A stretch of DNA of 64,000 nucleotides, taken from Candidatus Micrarchaeota archaeon. Its GTDB lineage: Archaea > Micrarchaeota > Micrarchaeia > Anstonellales > Anstonellaceae. Position numbers and translations under genes: made by a program. Numbering within the stretch: position 1 is the first letter of the stretch; the number at the start of each line of letters is the position of its first letter. The notes beneath the pieces are model-generated. The model made no database searches and was not told where the DNA came from. It worked only from the letters and a program-made list of their open reading frames with translations. Shown here one piece after another: positions 57,437 through 64,000 of the stretch. Location of the stretch: positions 82,987 through 146,986 of the forward strand of contig JAOAJL010000001.1 of the NCBI GenBank assembly GCA_026414185.1. The letters are read 5' to 3'.

Positions 57437-58664
57437 CTTCATCTCAGGGCTTGCAGGCAGGCAGGAAAAGAAGGCGCAAGAAAGCCAGGAGCTCAAAACC
57501 CCGCCTCCTTCGCCCCAACCCATCCCTGCGCCTGTGAAGGAACAAAAGCAGGAGGCAGCCCAGCCAGCAACAGCACCGCAAGCTTCGGCACAGCCAGCAG
57601 AAGCCCAAGTCAGCAGAAAGCCCGAAAGCCCGCAGCCTTCTTCCGCAAAGCCGTCTCCCCAAAAAACAGAAGAGCAAAAAAAGCAAATCTCCCTTTCCCC
57701 CAAGCAGCAGCCCGAAGAGCACGTTGACGTTTCTTCCCTCGGAAAAAAAGCATCGTCGGAAAAAAGGGAGCTTGCGCCAAAGATAGGGCTCGGGGCGGCA
57801 ATCCGCTCGTTCTTCACAAACGAGATAACAATAGGCGAGTCGGATATCTCGGACCTTCTGGAGAACCTTGAGCTTTCGCTCCTGGAGGCAGACGTGGCAT
57901 ATGACGTTTCGCTTGAAGTGGCAAGCCGGCTCCGCTCCTGCCTTGTGGGGATGCGGGTGCCGAAATCACAGCTGGCAAGCAGGACAAAAGAGCAAATCCA
58001 GCAGGTTCTGGAATCCGTCATGCAGTCTGAGCGCAGGTTTGACCTGGTCTCAAAAGTTAAGTCTCTTCCCAAGCCCGTGAAGATTCTTTTTGTTGGACCA
58101 AATGGCGCAGGCAAGACCACCACGATGGCGAAGGTGGCAAAGCTGCTTTCCGATGCAGGCCTTTCCGTGATGTTTTCCGCGTCAGACACTTTCAGGGCGG
58201 CGGCTATAGAACAGGCGGAGGAGCATGCAAAAAGGCTCGGAATAGGGATTGTGAAAGGCAAATACGGCGCAGACCCCGCCTCAGTTGCGTTTGACGCAAT
58301 AGCGTATGCGCGCTCACGCTCAATAGATGTCGTGCTTATTGACTCTGCTGGCAGGCAGGACACAAATGCAAACCTCCTCGCCGAGCTTAAGAAAATAAGC
58401 AGGGTCGCCAAGCCAGACCTGAAAATCTACGTCGGGGAATCAATAGGGGGCAACGCGGTAATAGAGCAGATAAAAGCCTTCAACCAGGCGATAGGGATGG
58501 ACGGGGCGATACTGACAAAGCTTGACTGCGACGCAAAGGGCGGCACCGCAATCTCAATAGTGCATTCAACCGGCATACCCCTGCTTTATCTTGGCGTCGG
58601 GCAGGGCTATTCAGACCTGATTCCATTTGAGCCAAGGAAAATAGCCCAGGAAATAATGACTTGA
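57405..58664 (+). CDS. ftsY: SRP receptor FtsY
   Basis: LLEADV, GPNGAGKTTT, DTFRAAA, DSAGR, TKLD, GVGQ. Confidence 0.95.
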   Translation: MFSLLKSKLASFISGLAGRQEKKAQESQELKTPPPSPQPIPAPVKEQKQEAAQPATAPQASAQPAEAQVSRKPESPQPSSAKPSPQKTEEQKKQISLSPKQQPEEHVDVSSLGKKASSEKRELAPKIGLGAAIRSFFTNEITIGESDISDLLENLELSLLEADVAYDVSLEVASRLRSCLVGMRVPKSQLASRTKEQIQQVLESVMQSERRFDLVSKVKSLPKPVKILFVGPNGAGKTTTMAKVAKLLSDAGLSVMFSASDTFRAAAIEQAEEHAKRLGIGIVKGKYGADPASVAFDAIAYARSRSIDVVLIDSAGRQDTNANLLAELKKISRVAKPDLKIYVGESIGGNAVIEQIKAFNQAIGMDGAILTKLDCDAKGGTAISIVHSTGIPLLYLGVGQGYSDLIPFEPRKIAQEIMT

Positions 58665-58700
58665 AGAAAGGAATATTAACACAGGCTGGCTTTAAGCTAT

Positions 58701-59810
58701 GTGGAAGCCCACAGCACTACGACGCAGAAAGAAAAATCCAAAGAGGCGGAGCGCGAGCTTCTGCCATTTCTCTCGCTTGTGACCTTCTTTCCTGCAGGCA
58801 ACCCTCTGGAGTCCATGTCCTCTTTCCAGCGGCAGTTCTTCTTTGAGTCTTTGAACCGCGCGCTTTATGCGGCAAGCGTGGAGAACAGGCGAAGAATAGA
58901 GGCGCTCTCAGGGAAGCTTCTCCCGCCAATCGCGCTTGCGGCTTTTGAAAACAGCCAAAGCAAGCAACGCCAGGAACCGCAAGAAGCCGGCAAAAGCCAG
59001 CGGGAGTGGGCGCTTTCACTACCGCTCATTTCAGCCTTTGAGGAAGAGCAGGTGCTAAGGGCGGCGCAGGGGGAGGGCATGCAGAAAATCCCCCAAGAAG
59101 ACCAAGAAAAATCAAGCGCCAAGCAGTGCAGAAAGCGCCGCGAATTCCTAAACTCAATAGTTTTCGGAAAGGGCTATGAGGAAATAGAAAAAGCCCAAGC
59201 CCTCCTTGCAGGAGTGATAAACGACTATGCCCGCGGCGACATGCAGAAGGCGGGCGCAGTGCTCAAAGAATTCCGCAGCAGGCTTGAGGCTGGCAATTAC
59301 AAGACAGACGAGCTTATGGCAGTGCTTCTTCTGGTGATAGAGGATATGATATGGATGGATGAGGAGGGGCAGGTCGGAGGCGCCGGCGGCTTGGGCGGCG
59401 CAAACGTGGCGCCCAGTGGGCTTTTGCACAAGCCGCAAAATTTCGCAAAGCAGGCTGCGCTTGTCAGGCTTGCTTCCGTCCGTGAGATGCTTCGGCACTA
59501 TTTTGAGAAAAACCCCCGCGACTACGCGGCAGTTCTTGCCGCCGCGCTTGACATCCCGCTGGATGAGGAGCCGGAGCTTGCGCTTATTGAACAGCGCCTT
59601 ACCTGCGAGATAGCAAAAATAGGGTGCTTTGCTTTTGCCCAAAAGCTTCTTGCCAAGCTGAAAGCCGCATACCGCTGGAGCGGAAGGGAATGCGCGCAGC
59701 GCCTTGGCACCCACTTTGACCAGAAAAGAGGGGTTCTTTTGCTTGGAAAAAGGACCTGCCTCAAAGCGCCGCGTTCAGCCCTGCCCCGCTTTAGGCGGGC
59801 TGACTCTTAA
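58701..59810 (+). CDS. Hypothetical protein
   Basis: 369-aa ORF filling the gap. No motif recognised. Confidence 0.6.
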   Translation: MEAHSTTTQKEKSKEAERELLPFLSLVTFFPAGNPLESMSSFQRQFFFESLNRALYAASVENRRRIEALSGKLLPPIALAAFENSQSKQRQEPQEAGKSQREWALSLPLISAFEEEQVLRAAQGEGMQKIPQEDQEKSSAKQCRKRREFLNSIVFGKGYEEIEKAQALLAGVINDYARGDMQKAGAVLKEFRSRLEAGNYKTDELMAVLLLVIEDMIWMDEEGQVGGAGGLGGANVAPSGLLHKPQNFAKQAALVRLASVREMLRHYFEKNPRDYAAVLAAALDIPLDEEPELALIEQRLTCEIAKIGCFAFAQKLLAKLKAAYRWSGRECAQRLGTHFDQKRGVLLLGKRTCLKAPRSALPRFRRADS

Positions 59811-61352
59811 TTCGCCGGCGCAGACCGGCTGCTCAAGCCTGAAAGCCGAAAGCACCTCGGGCGAAATCTCCCCGAAAGCGCCCGCCTTCCTCCCGTCAAG
59901 ATAAACAGACGCGCACCTGCCTGCGATGAACGCCGCATTCTGCTCTTCTCTGAGCTCTGCTTTCATCCCGCAGTTGCCGGCAAGGGCAAGGACCACCCCT
60001 TTGGCTTCTGAAAAGCCCGCCTTGGAATGCATGCTCACAAAGCAGAGGCGCTCCTCAATATGCGGTGCGGCAACAGTGCCTATCTCATAAAGCCGGATGG
60101 GGAGAGGTTCATCCTTGCTTTCTGCAAGGATGGAAAGGAGGTTCTGCAGTATGCTGGGCCTGAAAATTGTGAAATCGGTGGTGAGCGGATTTTCTATCTC
60201 AACAAGGCTGCCTGCGGCTGTCTTTGCCTTGGCAACCTGCTCCTTGTTTGAAAGAAGCCAGCTTATCGCCTCAGTGTAACCAAGCCCCACCATAAGCTCG
60301 TGGAAAGGATGCTCCGGATGGCAGCTTCCTGCGGAAAAGAAATCCGGCAGGGTCGGCTCAAAGTTGTTGAAGCCATAGGCGATAGCTATGTCTTCAATAA
60401 GGTCAATCTCGCTTATGACATCCGTTCGATAGCCAGGCACATAGGCGCTCCTGCCCTCAACGCGGTAGCCCATCTTCGCAAGAAGCAGGGAAACCTCCTC
60501 TTGCGAGAAGCGCATGCCCAAAACCCGCTCAGCCTCTGCGACAGGAAGTGCCATCTTCCTCTCGCGCAAAAGCTCGTAGGGCTTGCCGTCAAGCTCAACC
60601 TCCTGTATCTTGCCGCCCCTGTCGGCAAGCATTGCACAGATGATGTTCACCGCCTGCCTAACAGCAACCTCCGAAGTCCCCGTGCAATCCACAAATACGT
60701 TGCGCGTTGCCGGCGTGAGGCGGGTCAGTTCGCCGTTTATTATCGGCGGAAAGGAAAGGACTTTTCCCCTGCTGTCAAGAATCATCGGGCATTTCTCGCC
60801 TACAAGATGCGCATACTCAATCCCTTTCTTGTGCTTCTGCAGTATCTCATCAGGCGTCATCTCCTCGCTTTCGTCAAGCGGGACGAAGCGGACATCCTGT
60901 CTTCCGCAGGCAAGGTAGCGGAAAGGCGGAACCACTCTGTCAAGGTCGTGAATGCCGATTGCAACCTTCCTTCTTTTTCTGCCGAGGGTTTCGTGGAGCT
61001 TTTCCTGAACCTGCATGATTGAGCGCAGGAGAGAGTCGCTTATTGAAAGCTCCCGCACCACCGCGCAGCCAAAAGCTGGGCGGAGACCAAGCACGGACTT
61101 GTCCACAGATGCGCTTATGGATGCCTTTCCGACCTCATATGTTTGCGGAGCGCCAAGCTGGAAGCATCTTAGCGCCCGCGCAAGCCCCTCAACGCAGAGG
61201 CAGTCCGGCCTGTTCGGCGTGACTTCAACATTGAGTCCCTCAGCCGTTTTTTCAGCAGGGAAGCCAAGCAGCGTCAGCTTCTCTACCGCCTCGTCAATCC
61301 CGATTGGGATTAGCTCTTCAAGATCAGAAAAGGCAAAACTCACCTGCGCCAT
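59775..61352 (-). CDS. pheT: Phenylalanine--tRNA ligase beta subunit
   Basis: NRPDCL, AIGIHD, SFPPIIN, RTDV...DLIEDIAIAYG, NPLT. Confidence 0.95.
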   Translation of the reverse strand: MAQVSFAFSDLEELIPIGIDEAVEKLTLLGFPAEKTAEGLNVEVTPNRPDCLCVEGLARALRCFQLGAPQTYEVGKASISASVDKSVLGLRPAFGCAVVRELSISDSLLRSIMQVQEKLHETLGRKRRKVAIGIHDLDRVVPPFRYLACGRQDVRFVPLDESEEMTPDEILQKHKKGIEYAHLVGEKCPMILDSRGKVLSFPPIINGELTRLTPATRNVFVDCTGTSEVAVRQAVNIICAMLADRGGKIQEVELDGKPYELLRERKMALPVAEAERVLGMRFSQEEVSLLLAKMGYRVEGRSAYVPGYRTDVISEIDLIEDIAIAYGFNNFEPTLPDFFSAGSCHPEHPFHELMVGLGYTEAISWLLSNKEQVAKAKTAAGSLVEIENPLTTDFTIFRPSILQNLLSILAESKDEPLPIRLYEIGTVAAPHIEERLCFVSMHSKAGFSEAKGVVLALAGNCGMKAELREEQNAAFIAGRCASVYLDGRKAGAFGEISPEVLSAFRLEQPVCAGELRVSPPKAGQG

Positions 61353-61404
61353 AAGGAGAAATCAGAAGAAGAGAATAAAAAAGGCTAACTGGGCAAAGCA
61401 GGCC

Positions 61405-61575
61405 TCAAAATATCCCTTCCACACAGAATTTCTTTCCCCCTACAATCACGGAAGGAAGCTCGTCCACAAAATATCTCCTGCCGGCAATCTCAACGTAATG
61501 CGGAGGCGGCTCTATGCTGACAGTCAGCCTGCCTCCCTTTTTCTCAAATGCCAGACCTGCCCCGTTTTCTTCCAT
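61405..61575 (-). CDS. Small hypothetical protein (56 aa)
   Basis: My translation gives MEENGAGLAFEKKGGRLTVSIEPPPHYVEIAGRRYFVDELPSVIVGGKKFCVEGIF*. An AT-rich TATA-like tract lies upstream. Confidence 0.5.
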   Translation of the reverse strand: MEENGAGLAFEKKGGRLTVSIEPPPHYVEIAGRRYFVDELPSVIVGGKKFCVEGIF

Positions 61576-61722
61576 ATGTTTCTATTTTGTACCATTAAAT
61601 ATTTAAACCAAGTGGTTAAAAGTGGGTTTAAACGTATCAATATTTTCTTGCCCCCTGCCGGCTCCCTTCTGCTTTTTAAATGATTTGGGCTAATTTAGAG
61701 CCGTCCTTCCAAGGTGGTTTTT

Positions 61723-62112
61723 ATGGATAAAATGTTTGCCTCAGCAAAGGACTTGAAGGAGGGCAAATACCTGCTCATTGAAGGAGTGCCTTGCAAAGTG
61801 GTGAGCATAGATTCCTCAAAGCCTGGAAAGCACGGCGCCGCGAAGATGAGGATAACCGGCATCGGGATTTTTGACGGGCAGAAAAAGCAGCTTCTCGTGC
61901 CCTCTGACGCAGACGTGGAAGTCCCGATAATTGAGCGCTCAACCGCCCAGCTGGTCGCGGTCAACGGAAACACGGCACAACTTATGGACACTGCCACCTT
62001 TGAGACTTTTGAGCTTACAATTCCAGAAGAATTCCTCAAAGACGCTGCGCCGGGCAAGGAGGCGGACATAATGTCTGCCATGGGAAAGAGGGCAATAACG
62101 CGGATACACTGA
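61723..62112 (+). CDS. eif5a: Translation factor aIF5A
   Basis: Hypusine motif SKPGKHGAAK. Confidence 0.96.
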   Translation: MDKMFASAKDLKEGKYLLIEGVPCKVVSIDSSKPGKHGAAKMRITGIGIFDGQKKQLLVPSDADVEVPIIERSTAQLVAVNGNTAQLMDTATFETFELTIPEEFLKDAAPGKEADIMSAMGKRAITRIH

Positions 62113-62124
62113 AAGGGAGATTTG

Positions 62125-62442
62125 ATGGAAATATCAATTGAGAAAAAGCGCGAGAACAAGTCGCTTCAAAGAGACGAATTTTCTTTCATCGTTTCTTTTG
62201 ACAAGGCGGTGCCTTCAAGGAAGGCGGTGCGCGAGGCAATATGCGCCTCGCTTGGCGTCCCGCAAGAAAACCTCCTAATCATCTCAATTGAAGGAGGCTT
62301 TGGGCAAAAAAAAGCACGAGTGATTGCGCATGCCTACAAAAGCAAGGAAGCCATGAAGATTGAGAGGCGCCACCTCCTCGTGCGCGACGGGCTTGCCGAA
62401 AAGAAAAAGAAAGAGGAGAAGCCGAAAGGCGAAAAGAAATGA
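62125..62442 (+). CDS. rps24e: 30S ribosomal protein eS24
   Basis: ENKSLQRDE, PSRK, FG, AHAY. Confidence 0.9.
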   Translation: MEISIEKKRENKSLQRDEFSFIVSFDKAVPSRKAVREAICASLGVPQENLLIISIEGGFGQKKARVIAHAYKSKEAMKIERRHLLVRDGLAEKKKKEEKPKGEKK

Positions 62443-62473
62443 AGCAAGCAAGGAAAGCGGCAGGTGATTCCAT

Positions 62474-62620
62474 ATGGCGGAAGCAGCCAAAAAGGCGCAG
62501 AAGAAAATAAAGCCCTATGCCCCTGCGAAAGCCTGCCCAAAATGCGGCTCAGGCGTGCGGCTGGCTGAGCACAAGGACAGGCGCTCCTGCGGCAAATGCG
62601 GCTATTTTGAAAGGAAATAA
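62474..62620 (+). CDS. rps27ae: 30S ribosomal protein eS31 (S27ae)
   Basis: My translation gives ...[32 protein letters not shown]. 48 aa, not in the ORF track. Confidence 0.95.
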   Translation: MAEAAKKAQKKIKPYAPAKACPKCGSGVRLAEHKDRRSCGKCGYFERK

Positions 62621-62657
62621 GGCGCATCAAGAAGGCGCCAAACCGCGGGGCAAAAAA

Positions 62658-63287
62658 ATGGATGGCTGGCTTTTGCCTGTTTTGCCTTTCCCCCACGCCC
62701 AAGTTTCAATCTGCCTTTTTTCAGCCCAAGACCTCAATGTATTTTTCGCCTCCGCAGTTTTTCTTGCGCTCTCAGTCGCCTTAGGCTCGCACGGCAGGGG
62801 CGTCCGATATGGGCTTTCCTACATAAGGCTCACAAGGGCAAACATGGGCTGGCTTTCCATCCTCGGCTGGTCGGCGGCAGCCCTGCTCTGTTGCTTGGCA
62901 GCCGCCGTTTTCCTCTCAGTTGCGCTTGCCTTTCTCGGAATGCTTGACACCGAAGGGGTTGCCTCAAAGCTCAATTCGCTTTCCCCATTTTCCCTTTTTT
63001 TTGCCTTCAGCATCTCCCCGCTGGCAGAGGAGGCGATGTTCCGCGGCTACCTTCTGCGCAAAATCGGAGAGGTTTCAAAAAGCGCATCTGCCGGCGCCGC
63101 CCTCTCCTCCCTGCTTTTTGCAGCCATGCACCTTTCATACGGCTCGTCAGCTGAGATGGCGGCGGCTTTCATGATAGGGCTCATTCTGTGCTTTTTCACC
63201 ATAAAATCTCGCTCGCTTGTCCCCGCGGTTCTTGCCCACTGCGCATTTAATTTCCTTTCCATACTATTCAATGTGGTGCTTGCGTGA
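62658..63287 (+). CDS. CPBP/CAAX (Abi) intramembrane protease
   Basis: EEAMFRG, FAAMH, HCAFN. Confidence 0.9.
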   Translation: MDGWLLPVLPFPHAQVSICLFSAQDLNVFFASAVFLALSVALGSHGRGVRYGLSYIRLTRANMGWLSILGWSAAALLCCLAAAVFLSVALAFLGMLDTEGVASKLNSLSPFSLFFAFSISPLAEEAMFRGYLLRKIGEVSKSASAGAALSSLLFAAMHLSYGSSAEMAAAFMIGLILCFFTIKSRSLVPAVLAHCAFNFLSILFNVVLA

Positions 63288-64000
63288 TTTGCCTCGGCTT
63301 TGAGTCAACGGCGCACACCCTCGGCGTTGGGATATGCGAAAGCCGCGGGAACAGGATATCCGTGCTTGCCAACTGCAAGGAGGTGTATGTCCCGCCGAAA
63401 GGGGAGGGCATCCTTCCGAGGGCGGCGGCAGACCACCACGCAGAAGCGCTTGGCGAGGTCCTTCGCCGCTCTCTTTGCGAGTCAGGGCTGGGCATCTCCG
63501 AGATTGACTTGTTTTCCTTTTCGCGCGGACCTGGCATAGGGCAATGCCTTCGGGTCGGCTGCGCGGCGGCGAAGTTCCTTGCCTCCAGGCACAAAAAGCC
63601 CGTTCTCGGAATAAACCACTGCCATGCCCACCTTGAAATTTCGCGCGGCATGCTTGGCTTTTCCAGCCCGCTTTACATTTATGTCAGCGGGGCAAACACC
63701 CAGATTATAATAGAGAACGAGAAAGAAAACCGCGGCGCGCCCAGGTTCCTTGTCCTTGGCGAAACCCTTGACATGGGTCTTGGCAACCTTTTTGACGTGT
63801 TTGCCAGGGAGGCTGGCATCCACCCCTCGCACGGAAGCCAAGTGGCGCGCCTTGCGCAGAAAGGCAGGTATTTCCCGCTTCCATATACAATAAAAGGGAT
63901 GAACTTCGCTTTCGCAGGGCTTCTTTCAGCGGCGCTGCGCGAGGTTGGCAGGCGCAGGCTTGAGGACATCTGCCTTTCGCTTATGGAAACCTCATTTGCG
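63284..64000 (+). CDS. kae1: KEOPS t6A synthase Kae1 (3' end runs off the window)
   Basis: My translation shows LGFESTAHT, GPGIG, NHCHAHLE, YVSGANTQ, GETLD. Confidence 0.93.
   Translation, partial: MICLGFESTAHTLGVGICESRGNRISVLANCKEVYVPPKGEGILPRAAADHHAEALGEVLRRSLCESGLGISEIDLFSFSRGPGIGQCLRVGCAAAKFLASRHKKPVLGINHCHAHLEISRGMLGFSSPLYIYVSGANTQIIIENEKENRGAPRFLVLGETLDMGLGNLFDVFAREAGIHPSHGSQVARLAQKGRYFPLPYTIKGMNFAFAGLLSAALREVGRRRLEDICLSLMETSFA

Noticed and set aside
54498-58411. Long antisense ORFs (54498-55703, 57239-58411 and similar elsewhere)
   Set aside because: They are shadows of well-supported genes on the opposite strand and carry no motifs.

Overview
This is an archaeal chromosomal window, most consistent with a DPANN archaeon of the Micrarchaeota type. 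The assignment rests on a three-unit (epsilon-type) tRNA splicing endonuclease, archaeal ribosomal and translation genes, Taw1, Dph5, NreA, DTD2 and Rpo6. Most of the window is housekeeping: ychF, rfcL, prs, topA, fbp/fba, pgk, rnhB, mvk, pyrG, deaD, the rps19e-to-ftsY operon, pheT, eIF5A and kae1. There are two intron-containing tRNAs: Glu(TTC), and a two-intron Ile(TAT). Among the housekeeping genes are surface and orphan genes, most densely at 27.4-36.5 kb. The main anomalies are: (1) a 1286-aa orphan ending in about 10-12 amphipathic beta-strands, resembling a membrane beta-barrel; (2) an in-frame TAG inside the endA gene, plus a second, catalytically dead EndA-like gene; (3) three unrelated orphans sharing an N-terminal M-x-x-F-Q peptide; (4) a VirB4/HerA-like ATPase whose possible N-terminal partner lies about 19 kb away. 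No CRISPR array, transposase, integrase or rRNA was seen. All product calls come from motifs recognised by eye, not from database searches.
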